Shown: positions 19,143 to 28,836, counted from the first letter of the stretch. The stretch: 64,000 bases of DNA from Spirochaetales bacterium (GCA_043775705.1 JAYVSC010000150.1:1031-65030), one strand, 5' to 3'. The notes: generated from the sequence alone by a model not told the origin. Translations and numbers: made by a program.

Positions 19143-20945
19143 ATGACAGCAAATGAACTCCGCTCCAAATACGTAGAATTTTTTAAGAGTAAGGGACATT
19201 CCGAGATTTCCGGCAAGTCGCTGATTCCGGAAAACGATCCGACAGTTCTTTTCACCACCGCGGGAATGCATCCTCTTGTTCCCTATTTAATGGGGGAAGA
19301 ACACCCGGCCGGTAAGAGGCTGACGAATTATCAAAAATGCATCCGCACGGGAGATATCGATTCCGTTGGCGACCCGAGTCATTTGACCTGTTTTGAAATG
19401 CTTGGAAACTGGTCTCTCGGGGATTATTTCAAGAAAGAAGCCATCAATTTCAGCTTTGAATTTCTGACCAGCCCGAAGTATCTCAATATTCCTCTGGATA
19501 AGCTTTCGGTCACTGTATTCGCCGGCGACGCTGATGTTCCCCGCGATGAGGAATCCGCAGGCGTGTGGAACGGGCTTGGCATACCAACCGAACGCATTCA
19601 TTTTCTGCCGCGCGAGGATAACTGGTGGGGCCCTGCCGGTGAGACCGGTCCCTGCGGCCCCGACACCGAGATGTTCATAGATACCGGAAAGACTGCTTGC
19701 GGGCCTGATTGCCGACCCGGCTGCCGGTGCGGGAAATACATTGAAATATGGAATGACGTTTTCATGCAGTACAGCAAGCAGAAAGACGGTACCTACCTGA
19801 AGCTTGACCGCACTTGTGTCGATACCGGAATGGGAATCGAGCGCACCGTAGCTATGCTCCAGGGAAAAAAATCCGTATACGAAACTGAAATTTTCAAGCC
19901 GATAATCGCCAGTGTAGAAGCGCTGACCGGAAAAAAATACGGTACCAATGAAGCCGATGATATGTCCATCCGCATCATATGCGACCATGCCCGTGCCTCA
20001 TCCTTTATTCTCGGAGACGCAAAAGGGGTAACTCCCTCCAACGTCGGAGCGGGTTATGTGCTCCGACGCCTGATCCGCCGCGCGGTCCGTCACGGGCGTA
20101 AGCTCGGCATCGACGGCCTCTTTCTCTCGATACCCGCCCAGGTGGTGATCGACATGTTCAAGGGACCCTATCCCGAGCTTGGCGAAAAAGCCGCTTTTAT
20201 CATCGCCGAACTGAAGGCAGAAGAGCAGAATTTCCTTGAAACCCTTAAAAAGGGCGAGGCCGAATTCGAGAAAATGCTTCCGAACCTCCTGAAGAATCCG
20301 CAGCGGACAATGGCCGGACGGCTTGCATTCAAACTTTATGATACGTATGGTTTTCCCATCGAGCTTACCGAGGAACTTGCCCGCGAAGGCGGATTGACGG
20401 TTAACCGCGAGGAATTCGACGAAGCCTTCAAAAAGCACCAGGAATTGTCGAGAGCCGGCAATGAACAGGTATTCAAGGGCGGTCTTGCCGACCACTCTGA
20501 AGAAACCACCGCTTATCATACCGCGACCCATCTTCTACAGAAAGCCCTGAAAATGGTACTTGGGGAACATGTCGCGCAAAAGGGTTCGAATATAACTGCG
20601 GAACGAATGCGGTTCGATTTTGCCCATACAGAACCGATGACACCGGCACAAATAGCCGAGGTGGAACGGATCGTGAATGAACAAATCAAGGCTGATCTGA
20701 CCGTAAAAATGGAAATGATGAACCTCGAAGAAGCGAAAAAAAGCGGTGCGATGGCCCTTTTCGGCGAAAAATACGAGAATACCGTCAAGGTGTATTCAAT
20801 CGGTGATTTTTCAAAAGAAGTATGCGGCGGACCTCATGTGGAAAAAACCGGCGGAATGGGAATATTCAAAATTCAAAAGGAACAGTCTTCTTCAGCTGGA
20901 GTCCGGCGTATCAGGGCTATCCTCGAGAAAACTGTCAGCGCGTAA
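19143..20945 (+). CDS. alaS: Alanine--tRNA ligase (short form without the C-Ala domain)
   Basis: LFTTAGM, FEMLGNWS, DTGMGIER, IICDHAR, LYDTYGFP and editing motifs HTATH and CGGPHV. 600 aa. Confidence 0.96.
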   Translation: MTANELRSKYVEFFKSKGHSEISGKSLIPENDPTVLFTTAGMHPLVPYLMGEEHPAGKRLTNYQKCIRTGDIDSVGDPSHLTCFEMLGNWSLGDYFKKEAINFSFEFLTSPKYLNIPLDKLSVTVFAGDADVPRDEESAGVWNGLGIPTERIHFLPREDNWWGPAGETGPCGPDTEMFIDTGKTACGPDCRPGCRCGKYIEIWNDVFMQYSKQKDGTYLKLDRTCVDTGMGIERTVAMLQGKKSVYETEIFKPIIASVEALTGKKYGTNEADDMSIRIICDHARASSFILGDAKGVTPSNVGAGYVLRRLIRRAVRHGRKLGIDGLFLSIPAQVVIDMFKGPYPELGEKAAFIIAELKAEEQNFLETLKKGEAEFEKMLPNLLKNPQRTMAGRLAFKLYDTYGFPIELTEELAREGGLTVNREEFDEAFKKHQELSRAGNEQVFKGGLADHSEETTAYHTATHLLQKALKMVLGEHVAQKGSNITAERMRFDFAHTEPMTPAQIAEVERIVNEQIKADLTVKMEMMNLEEAKKSGAMALFGEKYENTVKVYSIGDFSKEVCGGPHVEKTGGMGIFKIQKEQSSSAGVRRIRAILEKTVSA

Positions 20946-21007
20946 CTTATTGCCAGTAATACTGTTGTAATAGTACATAATCCGAGAGAGATCAAAGAGG
21001 GAAATAT

Positions 21008-22090
21008 ATGAAGCGTATAGTGTTCAGTGTGTTTTTTTGTGTAATGATGGCCGGTCTTGTTTCAGCCCAGTCGGATTTACAGCCGATCGCAAACGTCAAA
21101 CTTCAGAAAAGCGAGCCCATTACCCTCAAACAGCTGAAATCCCGGATAGAAGCGTATCAAAAGGAACTCGGCCGGATAATGAATATCGATGAAAAGAAAA
21201 AAGTTCTCGATACTCTGATAAACGAGCGTTTGGTAGTACAGGCTGCCGACAAAGACGGCATCAAGGTTACCGATTCCGAAGTCACACAGAATTTTAACCA
21301 GATGATATCCCAGCAGGTCGGAAAGGCGGTCACGGAAGTTGAGTTCGCCCAGATGATCAAGACGCAGACCGGTATGGCGCTCGATGATTTTATGCGCGCG
21401 CAGAACGGCATGAGCCTTGCGGAGTATAAAACCTTTTTGAAGAGCCAGCTGATCGCTCAGCGCTATGTAATGACAAAAAAACAGGCTGAACTGCAGAATA
21501 TCGCGGGGCCCTCAGATGCAGAAATCAGGTCTTATTATGAGCTGAACCAGCAGAATTTCGTTCAGACGGAAATGGTCAAATTATTCCTTGTTGTCGTGCC
21601 GAAAGGGGACGCCTCGACCGCTGCAGACACAAAGCTTCTCGATTTTCAAAAGCAGCTAAAAGATAAACCGCAATCGAGCACCGAAATCAAGATCAAGTCA
21701 CAGGCGGCAAATTCGGGTTTTCAGGCAGGTGATTTATATATCAACAAAAATTCGACCGCCTCGCAGCAGCTGGGCATTTCAATGGAATCCCTCCTGAAGA
21801 TTTTCAAGATGAACGTCAATGAAGTGTCCGACGTAACCGAGACGGCTACTGATTTTCAATGCTTTATCGTCCAGGAAAAATACCCGGCCAAAATTCTGAG
21901 CATCGCTGACGTCGTGAAACCCGGCACAACGGTAACCGTATACGAATATATCAAGAATAACATGATGGCTCAGTCCCAAAATGCGGCTGTCAACGACGCT
22001 CTCGTTCAGCTCATAAATGACCTGCGCAAACCCGAAAATTTCCAGATTCTGAAAAGCGGAGCGGAACTCGATAAAGTTCTGACGTGGTAA
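21008..22090 (+). CDS. Exported SurA-like/peptidyl-prolyl isomerase-family chaperone
   Basis: Signal peptide and a SurA-N-like LDTLINERLVVQAA segment. Lies between alaS and nusB. Confidence 0.6.
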   Translation: MKRIVFSVFFCVMMAGLVSAQSDLQPIANVKLQKSEPITLKQLKSRIEAYQKELGRIMNIDEKKKVLDTLINERLVVQAADKDGIKVTDSEVTQNFNQMISQQVGKAVTEVEFAQMIKTQTGMALDDFMRAQNGMSLAEYKTFLKSQLIAQRYVMTKKQAELQNIAGPSDAEIRSYYELNQQNFVQTEMVKLFLVVVPKGDASTAADTKLLDFQKQLKDKPQSSTEIKIKSQAANSGFQAGDLYINKNSTASQQLGISMESLLKIFKMNVNEVSDVTETATDFQCFIVQEKYPAKILSIADVVKPGTTVTVYEYIKNNMMAQSQNAAVNDALVQLINDLRKPENFQILKSGAELDKVLTW

Positions 22091-22094
22091 TCTG

Positions 22095-22526
22095 ATGGCA
22101 GGACGACGAAAAGGCCGAATTTTGGCGTTCCAGGCTCTCTATGCCTGGGACGTATCCCGTCTCTCTCTCTCTGATTTGCTTGATTTTGGATGGATTGAGG
22201 AAGAAAAACGCACACGGCTCGGGGAAGACGGTATTGCGTTTCCCCGCTTGATTATTGCTGGCACCATAGAACATATTGAACAGATAGATCTACTGATCAA
22301 GGAAAACGTCACAAACTGGGATTTCGACCGCCTGAACAGGGTCGATCTTGCCATTCTCCGCATGAGCGTGTATTCACTCTTATTCCAGAAAGATATGCAT
22401 CCTTCCATCGTCATAGACGAGGCAATAGATATATCCAAGGAATTCGGATCCGATGAATCCTATCGCTTTGTAAATGCGGTGCTGGACAGCATCCGCATCA
22501 AGTCGGCGGGAAGTCCCGTGCCGTGA
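22095..22526 (+). CDS. nusB: Transcription antitermination factor NusB
   Basis: RRKGRILAFQALY, VDLAILR, IDEAIDISKEFG and FVNAVLD motifs. Confidence 0.96.
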   Translation: MAGRRKGRILAFQALYAWDVSRLSLSDLLDFGWIEEEKRTRLGEDGIAFPRLIIAGTIEHIEQIDLLIKENVTNWDFDRLNRVDLAILRMSVYSLLFQKDMHPSIVIDEAIDISKEFGSDESYRFVNAVLDSIRIKSAGSPVP

Positions 22527-24205
22527 TATCCGGCAGAAGCGCGTTCATCCGTTATTTCCATCCCGCCTTGTTTGTACTGCTGTGCGCGCTTCTTCTCCTT
22601 TCCTGTTCCCCTCAGGATAATTCTCTCTCCTTTTCGCGTTATCTTACGCAAATCGATACAATTTCCGCTTCGGGAGATGCAGAACTGGCCCTGAAAAAAC
22701 TCGTTTCCCTGCGTTCCCGGGCTTCGAGTTCGAGCCAATGGCTTTCTCTCGTGAAGAGGGAACGCGCTTTGCGGGACTTCCCCCAAGCCGCTGATACGCT
22801 TAAAAAAGCACTGAAGCAAATGCCTGCGAGTATAGAACTCACGGCTGTTCTTGCCGATACCCTGATCGAAATGGATCAAAGCGATGCCGCCTGCGCCTAT
22901 TCGCGTGCGCTGACAGATTCCCCCTTTGCATCCACTGCCTCTCTTGCAGAAATAACGCGTGCCGCCAAAGCGGATCCGTATAAAATTGATCCTGTATTTT
23001 GGACCCTTGCCTACCGCGCAACGGGAAATCCTTACTTTCAGCGAAATGCCGTTGTCCTCTACGCCCGAAACGGAAATTTTTCCGAAGCATGCGCGATTGG
23101 TCTGACTGATAATATACTTGCCGATGATGCATATTTTCATGCCCTGCTTTGTTATGACTCGGGGTTTTACGAGAGGGTATTCCATTATCTCGATAAATCG
23201 TCTGTATCGGGAAGAAGTTCGCCTGAACTTGCCCTTATGGCTGACAGCGCTGCACGAATGAACGATACTCCTTCCGCCCGTGTATTCTGGATTTCAGATA
23301 TTACGGTGAATCCCTCTCTTTCTCCGCTTCCCTACTATAATCTTTCGCTGACATCGGACAATTCCCTGGAAGGGAGGGCTAACCTTGAATCCTGCTTCGG
23401 CTATTTTCCCGCGTATTATCCCGCGGTAGTGAGGTATGTCCGGAGCATTCCCCTTAAGACTATGAGCGGACCGGAAAGCCCGATTACCCTGGAACTGGAA
23501 AAGAAGGGGTTCAGGAGCCTTGAGAATGAGGAAAAGCTTCGAAATGCGCCCCTCGATGCGAAGGCGGCGCGTAAAGTGCTTGATGCGGCTCTTTCCAGGC
23601 CTGAAGCAGCCCAGGACAGCCGGTTTGTTCTTGAGGATTTCCGTTTTAACCAGCTTAATTCGGTGGATGCCGTCCGTTCAGCCTCGGAGATGTGGAAACT
23701 TCTTGAAAGAAAACCGGGAGATCCATTTATTCATTCGTATGCGGTATGGTATTTCGCATTCATCAGGAATTTTGATGCCTGCTTTGCCCTGAATAGGGAA
23801 GTCATCAGTACCCCTGGTCCTTCGGTTACATCAGGAGTTCCGGATGACGCTGGTGCTTTTTATCGCGGTCTTGAAGCTGCCTTCCGCGGGGATCTGGTTC
23901 GCTCCGAGGAAGAATTTCGCATTGTTGCTAATAATGAACAGGATGCTTGGTGCGCCCTAGCGAATATTGCGAAACTGCATGTAAAAAAGAATGATTTTGC
24001 CTCAGCCTTCGATGAAATTTCCATTGCGGCAGGTCTTGCCCCTGACAATAAAATAAAAAGTGAATTGTTTTATGAATCGGCTAAAATACTGCTTGAATCG
24101 CGGGAAAATGAAAAAGCGCTGCATCTTCTGGGCTATGCCCTGGAAATCGATCCTTCAAACTATAAAGCTGTGCTGCTGATTCATGAACTGGAAGCAGTGA
24201 AATAA
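22523..24205 (+). CDS. TPR-repeat lipoprotein
   Basis: Lipobox-like LLSC, helical TPR-type repeats and a C-terminal YALEIDPSN. GTG start overlaps the nusB stop. Confidence 0.65.
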   Translation: MISGRSAFIRYFHPALFVLLCALLLLSCSPQDNSLSFSRYLTQIDTISASGDAELALKKLVSLRSRASSSSQWLSLVKRERALRDFPQAADTLKKALKQMPASIELTAVLADTLIEMDQSDAACAYSRALTDSPFASTASLAEITRAAKADPYKIDPVFWTLAYRATGNPYFQRNAVVLYARNGNFSEACAIGLTDNILADDAYFHALLCYDSGFYERVFHYLDKSSVSGRSSPELALMADSAARMNDTPSARVFWISDITVNPSLSPLPYYNLSLTSDNSLEGRANLESCFGYFPAYYPAVVRYVRSIPLKTMSGPESPITLELEKKGFRSLENEEKLRNAPLDAKAARKVLDAALSRPEAAQDSRFVLEDFRFNQLNSVDAVRSASEMWKLLERKPGDPFIHSYAVWYFAFIRNFDACFALNREVISTPGPSVTSGVPDDAGAFYRGLEAAFRGDLVRSEEEFRIVANNEQDAWCALANIAKLHVKKNDFASAFDEISIAAGLAPDNKIKSELFYESAKILLESRENEKALHLLGYALEIDPSNYKAVLLIHELEAVK

Positions 24206-24212
24206 AACGGGC

Positions 24213-24245
24213 AAAAAAAAACAGCCGGAATACGCGATCCCGGCC
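24213..24245 (-). terminator. Intrinsic terminator of groES
   Basis: On the minus strand GGCCGGGA-tcgcgta-TTCCGGCT followed by a T9 run. Confidence 0.75.
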
Positions 24246-24266
24246 GGTTTCTGTAAAAAATAACAG

Positions 24267-24533
24267 TTATTCGATTACTGCAATAATATCGGTTCCCTTC
24301 AGAATCAAATGGTCTTCCCCATCTATCTTAACCTGGGTTCCTGCGTATTTGTCATACATTACTTTTTGACCCACAGTCACTTTGATCTTTTCTTTGTCAT
24401 CACCGATAGCAATTACGACTGCGGTCTGTGTTTTTTCCTGAGCTGTGTCCGGAATAATGATTCCGCTCGCTGTTTTTGCCTCAAGTTTGTCTGTTTTTAC
24501 CAGAACACGGTCCGCCAATGGTTTTAATTTCAT
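24267..24533 (-). CDS. groES: Co-chaperonin GroES (no adjacent groEL)
   Basis: MKLKPLADRV, TASGIIIPD and YDKYAGT motifs. Confidence 0.97.
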   Translation of the reverse strand: MKLKPLADRVLVKTDKLEAKTASGIIIPDTAQEKTQTAVVIAIGDDKEKIKVTVGQKVMYDKYAGTQVKIDGEDHLILKGTDIIAVIE

Positions 24534-24553
24534 TTATATCTCCTGCAATATGA

Positions 24554-24583
24554 AATATACGAAAAAAACCTAGAAGGGGTCAA
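24554..24583 (-). promoter_or_regulatory. sigma70 promoter of groES
   Basis: TTGACC-18-TATATT on the minus strand. Confidence 0.65.
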
Positions 24584-24631
24584 GCGTTTTTGATAGTGTC
24601 TTTTGAATCATATTGATACAGGATTGGGGTG

Positions 24632-24653
24632 ATTTGACATCCCTGTGTCAAAT
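24632..24653. promoter_or_regulatory. Perfect inverted repeat, candidate operator or enhancer
   Basis: ATTTGACA-TCCCTG-TGTCAAAT. Confidence 0.55.
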
Positions 24654-24786
24654 TTACACATTTGTGGGTTTGTAAAAAAGTCAACAAAAAAAGAGAGTGA
24701 TTTTTCGGTAATTTATTGATGTATCAAGTTGTTATACTATAAGGATTTATCAGGAAAAAGTTGCTGTTAACGAAAAACTGAATTGT

Positions 24787-24802
24787 TGGCATGAATGTTG
24801 CT
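24787..24802 (+). promoter_or_regulatory. sigma54 (-24/-12) promoter upstream of the sigma factor gene
   Basis: TGGCATGAATGTTGCT matches TGGCACG-N4-TTGCW at all but one defined position. GG and GC are separated by exactly 10 nt. Confidence 0.75.
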
Positions 24803-24842
24803 TATCATATATATCACTTAATGCAACTAAATAGAGGTTGAT

Positions 24843-25703
24843 ATGGTAAATACATCAGTAAAAAGAGCAACTAACGATGAAAACATTCTCTCCACATATT
24901 TGAAAGAAATCAATACTATTCCACTATTAAGCCGGGAAGATGAATATGCATATGCAGTTTCTGCTTCTGCCGGGGACAAAATGGCGAAAGAAAACCTGGT
25001 AAAATCCAATTTACGGTTTGTGGTTAATGTTGCTAAAAAATACCAAAATCAGGGCTTGCCTTTGATGGACCTGATAAGTGAAGGGAATATTGGCCTCCTG
25101 AATGCCGTGGAACGTTTTGATGCGACGAAAGGATATCACTTCATATCATATGCAGTGTGGTGGATCCGTCAGGCTATCCTCAAGGCTATTTGCGAAAAGT
25201 CACGCATGATCCGCCTTCCCTTGAATCGCGCCAATGAACTGGTTCAGATCGAGAAAGCTCGCAAGGTTATCTCGAACAACAGGACCGAAGAGTCGGAGCT
25301 TAAGGAAATTGCAGGTTTGTTGAACATGAGCCCGGACCATGTCCGCGATATCGTAAATATTTCGCGGGAAATGATATCCCTTGATACACCTCTTTCCGCT
25401 GACCGGGACAGCAACAGCGTGGGCGACTTTCTTGAGGATGATCAGTATGAGCAGCCTGAAGACTATGTGATCGAATCGAATCTCCGCGCTGATATTGATG
25501 ACATTCTGTCATCTCTTACCGGCAAGGAAGCCGAGGTTATTCGTTTCCGTTTCGGCTTGAACGGATATAAAGCGATGTCGCTGAAGGAAATCGGGGACCA
25601 GTTCAATCTGACCAAGGAACGCATCCGCCAGATTGAAAAAAAGGCGATTAAGAGACTGCAGCATCCGACCAGAATGAGCCGTCTTGAAGCCTATGTAGCC
25701 TAA
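24843..25703 (+). CDS. Alternative sigma70-family factor (RpoS-like, lacks region 1.1)
   Basis: NLRFVV, DLISEGNIGL, YAVWWIRQ, SLD and TKERIRQIE motifs. 286 aa. Confidence 0.9.
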   Translation: MVNTSVKRATNDENILSTYLKEINTIPLLSREDEYAYAVSASAGDKMAKENLVKSNLRFVVNVAKKYQNQGLPLMDLISEGNIGLLNAVERFDATKGYHFISYAVWWIRQAILKAICEKSRMIRLPLNRANELVQIEKARKVISNNRTEESELKEIAGLLNMSPDHVRDIVNISREMISLDTPLSADRDSNSVGDFLEDDQYEQPEDYVIESNLRADIDDILSSLTGKEAEVIRFRFGLNGYKAMSLKEIGDQFNLTKERIRQIEKKAIKRLQHPTRMSRLEAYVA

Positions 25704-25731
25704 CAGGCGATTTCGCGGTATATTTCCGCAC

Positions 25732-26394
25732 ATGATACATGCAGTAATTTTTGATATGGACGGGCTTCTGTTTGACACAGAAGCCCTTTATTTAAATTCG
25801 GTGAGGTCGGTTTCGGCCTCTTTGGGTTTTACTGTCAGCGATGAACTGGTGCACTCCACCATTGGACGAAATTATACTGATTCCCGCATTTTGATGAAGT
25901 CCGCTCTGGGGCCGGACTTTCCCTACGACGAACTGATGGCTGCATCGAAGGTGTGGATGAAAGAACAGATGGCCGAAAATGGCCCCCCTGAAAAGAGCGG
26001 TATCAGGATACTTTTTGATTTTCTGCAAACCAAAAATATTCCCATAGCCCTCGCCACTTCAACCAGCGAGAAAACGGCGAGGCACATGATCGAGCGTGCG
26101 GGGCTTACACGGTATTTTTCCGCCTTTGCATTCGGTAGCGAGGTGAAAGAAGGAAAGCCCGCACCCGAAATATTTCTGCTTGCCAGGGACCGGCTTGGCG
26201 GTTTTCCTAGCGGTGACTGTGCGGTCTTTGAGGATTCTCCGGCGGGATTGAAGGCGGCCCATGCTGCCGGAATGAAGAGTGTATTCGTTAAGGATTTGAT
26301 TGAACCCGAACAGGCTGTATTGAATCAAGTCTGGAAGCGGATCGACAGCCTCGAAACAGCCGCTTCCGATTCATTTTTCGGTATTATGCAATAA
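25732..26394 (+). CDS. HAD-family phosphatase (beta-PGM-like)
   Basis: FDMDGLL, ALATS, GKPAPEIF and VFEDS motifs. Confidence 0.92.
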   Translation: MIHAVIFDMDGLLFDTEALYLNSVRSVSASLGFTVSDELVHSTIGRNYTDSRILMKSALGPDFPYDELMAASKVWMKEQMAENGPPEKSGIRILFDFLQTKNIPIALATSTSEKTARHMIERAGLTRYFSAFAFGSEVKEGKPAPEIFLLARDRLGGFPSGDCAVFEDSPAGLKAAHAAGMKSVFVKDLIEPEQAVLNQVWKRIDSLETAASDSFFGIMQ

Positions 26395-26417
26395 TTATGC
26401 AAATAAAAGCGTTTTTA

Positions 26418-26459
26418 TGCATAATTATGCTTGACTCAATTAGTTCATTTAGATATTAT
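26418..26459 (+). promoter_or_regulatory. glnA promoter with an abutting palindromic operator
   Basis: TGCATAATTATGCT overlaps the first T of TTGACT-17-TATTAT. Confidence 0.7.
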
Positions 26460-26472
26460 GAGTTTAGCAAGA

Positions 26473-26518
26473 AAGCAAGGACGTTTCTGCACGATATGTG
26501 CGGAAACGTCCTTTTTTT
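26473..26518 (+). terminator. Leader terminator upstream of glnA with an overlapping ANTAR-type hairpin
   Basis: 16-bp stem 26477-26513 plus T run. The alternative hairpin AAGC-AAGGAC-GTTT has an A1/G4 hexaloop. Confidence 0.8.
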
Positions 26519-26545
26519 ATATGATGGAATCTTCGGGAGGTTTGA

Positions 26546-27889
26546 ATGAGCATATTATCCAAAGCTGACATTATTCTTCTGGTAAAGGAAAATGATGTCC
26601 AGTTTATCCGTCTTCAGTTTACCGATTTATTCGGACAATTAAAAAATGTCGCAATTACGCCGAGTCAGCTGGATAAATGCCTTGATAATAAGTGCATGAT
26701 TGACGGATCTTCCATCGAAGGGTTTGTCCGCATTGAAGAATCAGATATGTACCTGCATCCCGATCTGGATACTTTCGTTGTGCTTCCCTGGAGGCCTCAG
26801 CAGGGAAAGGTTGCACGCTTTATCTGCGATGTGCATATGCCTGACGGAAGTCCGTTCGAGGGTTCTCCTCGCTATATTCTGAAGCGGCAATTGGACAGGG
26901 TCAGAGATATGGGTTACATTTTCAATGTAGGGCCCGAGCTCGAATTCTTTCTTTTTCAGACAAATGATAAGGGTGACCCGACGACGGAAACCCATGACAA
27001 TGCGGGCTATTTTGACTTGGGTCCCACCGATATGGGAGAGAATGCGCGCCGTGAAATGGTGCTGGTTCTTGAACAGATGGGTTTTGAGGTTGAGGCTTCC
27101 CATCATGAAGTCGCGCCAGGCCAGCACGAGATAGATTTCCGCTTTGATGACGCCCTTACCACAGCGGACCGGGTAATGACCTTCAAGCTGGTCGTCAAGA
27201 CGATAGCCCAGAGACACGGCCTGCACGCAACCTTTATGCCCAAACCGATTTCCGGGATTAACGGCTCGGGTATGCATACGAATATGTCCTTGATGAAAAT
27301 CAATGACAAAGGAAACACGAATGTGTTCTGCGATGAAAAAGACCCATTGGGATTGAGTTTGCTCGCGCGCCAATTTATTGCCGGCGTCCTCGCGCACATG
27401 AAGGGGATTACCGCAATTACGAATCCTACCGTGAACTCATATAAAAGGCTCGTTCCCGGTTTCGAAGCGCCAGTCTATATTGCCTGGTCGCCTTCAAACC
27501 GGAGCCCGCTGATCCGCATACCGGCGGCCCGGGGTAAATCGACGAGGGTGGAGTTGCGGAGTCCCGATCCAACCTGCAATCCATATCTTTCATTCGCGAT
27601 TATTCTCGCCGCTGGTTTGGATGGAATCGAAAAGAAAATGGTTCCGCCTTCGACGGTAGAGCAGAATATCTTCCTGATGACCGCGGAAGAGCGCACTTCG
27701 CAGGGTATTTTCAGTTTACCCGGAAGCCTTGAAGAGGCGCTGGGATTTTTTAAGATCAACCCGCTGGCTAAAGACGTGCTCGGCGCGCATGTTTTTCCCA
27801 GGTTTATCGAGGCAAAGGAGAAGGAGTGGGATGAATTCCGCACCAAGGTTACCCCGTGGGAGCTGGATTCATACCTGACCAAATATTGA
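26546..27889 (+). CDS. glnA: Glutamine synthetase type I (GSI-alpha, Firmicutes-like)
   Basis: [46 protein letters not shown] and RVELRSPD motifs. Confidence 0.97.
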   Translation: MSILSKADIILLVKENDVQFIRLQFTDLFGQLKNVAITPSQLDKCLDNKCMIDGSSIEGFVRIEESDMYLHPDLDTFVVLPWRPQQGKVARFICDVHMPDGSPFEGSPRYILKRQLDRVRDMGYIFNVGPELEFFLFQTNDKGDPTTETHDNAGYFDLGPTDMGENARREMVLVLEQMGFEVEASHHEVAPGQHEIDFRFDDALTTADRVMTFKLVVKTIAQRHGLHATFMPKPISGINGSGMHTNMSLMKINDKGNTNVFCDEKDPLGLSLLARQFIAGVLAHMKGITAITNPTVNSYKRLVPGFEAPVYIAWSPSNRSPLIRIPAARGKSTRVELRSPDPTCNPYLSFAIILAAGLDGIEKKMVPPSTVEQNIFLMTAEERTSQGIFSLPGSLEEALGFFKINPLAKDVLGAHVFPRFIEAKEKEWDEFRTKVTPWELDSYLTKY

Positions 27890-27890
27890 C

Positions 27891-28463
27891 ATGAAAAGTG
27901 TAATCATAGCTTTTTCAAATCCTTTGCTCACCAATTGGGTATCCACGGTTTTGCTCCGCGGGGGCTACTCGATCGAGTACTCCTGCAAAACCGGCGCCGA
28001 TGTCGCCCGCGTCGCCGATTTCTGCACCAGTCCTGTCGTGGTATGCGGATTTCAGTTTCCGGACATGACCGCCGAGGACCTCACGGAACTCCTGAACGGT
28101 CAGCTTGCGATGATTACAGTGGTACTGCCCCATCAGCGGGATTTGATCGAAAGCGATGACCTGGTCGTAGTCCCTTATCCGCTGAGTTCCATGGAACTGC
28201 TGCAGGCGATTGAACTGGTCGAGAACACCGCGGCCCGGCGTGCCGTGACTGTCAGCTCCTCGCCCAGGGAAATAGGCTTTCATTCAAGGGAGCGGCCAGC
28301 CGAGGAAAAGCTTTTGATTATAAAGGCAAAGAATATGCTGATGGATCAATTTGAAATGACCGAGTCCCAGGCCCACCGGTTTCTGCAGAAATCGAGCATG
28401 GACCGGGGATTGAAGCTGATAGACGCGGCAAATATGGTTATTGAACAATCTTTGGGCTTATAG
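27891..28463 (+). CDS. Pseudo-receiver plus ANTAR antiterminator (NitR/NasT-like)
   Basis: C-terminal IIKAKNMLM...TESQAHRFLQKSSMD ANTAR pattern. The receiver Asp site reads VVCGFQFPD. Confidence 0.88.
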   Translation: MKSVIIAFSNPLLTNWVSTVLLRGGYSIEYSCKTGADVARVADFCTSPVVVCGFQFPDMTAEDLTELLNGQLAMITVVLPHQRDLIESDDLVVVPYPLSSMELLQAIELVENTAARRAVTVSSSPREIGFHSRERPAEEKLLIIKAKNMLMDQFEMTESQAHRFLQKSSMDRGLKLIDAANMVIEQSLGL

Positions 28464-28485
28464 GTATATCGATACGGAGGTGCAT

Positions 28486-28824
28486 ATGAAAAAGCTGGAA
28501 GTTATCATCCGACCGGAGAAGCTTGAAATCGTCAAGAACATTCTTAACGACTCAGGCGCATCCGGCATGATGGTTACGAACATCATGGGATTCGGAAATC
28601 AAAAGGGGATTACACATATCTACCGTGGTACCGAATACACAGTTAATTTATTGCCGAAACTCAAGGTCGAGACGGTCGTGGCTGATGACAAGAAACAGAG
28701 AATTGTAGACGAACTGTGCAAACAGGTCGCGACGGGAGCGCACGGTGACGGAAAGATATTCATATATGACGTTGAGGATGCGGTACGTATCCGCACGGGA
28801 GAGAACGGCAACATAGCATTGTAA
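28486..28824 (+). CDS. glnB: P-II nitrogen regulator
   Basis: IIRPEKL, GFGNQKG, T-loop YRGTEY, GDGKIF and RIRTGE motifs. GGAGG SD. Confidence 0.93.
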   Translation: MKKLEVIIRPEKLEIVKNILNDSGASGMMVTNIMGFGNQKGITHIYRGTEYTVNLLPKLKVETVVADDKKQRIVDELCKQVATGAHGDGKIFIYDVEDAVRIRTGENGNIAL

Positions 28825-28836
28825 TGTTTGTATGCT

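Noticed and set aside
19143-20945. AlaRS is only 600 aa
   Set aside because: Short AlaRS lacking C-Ala is known in spirochaetes. The ORF is intact, so it is not a pseudogene.
24267-24620. groES without groEL, and a search for a CIRCE element
   Set aside because: Split groES/groEL is usual in spirochaetes. No TTAGCACTC-N9-GAGTGCTAA is present.
26380-26460. sigma54 or NtrC-type control of glnA
   Set aside because: No GG-N10-GC element, and the TGCA spacing does not fit the NtrC site.
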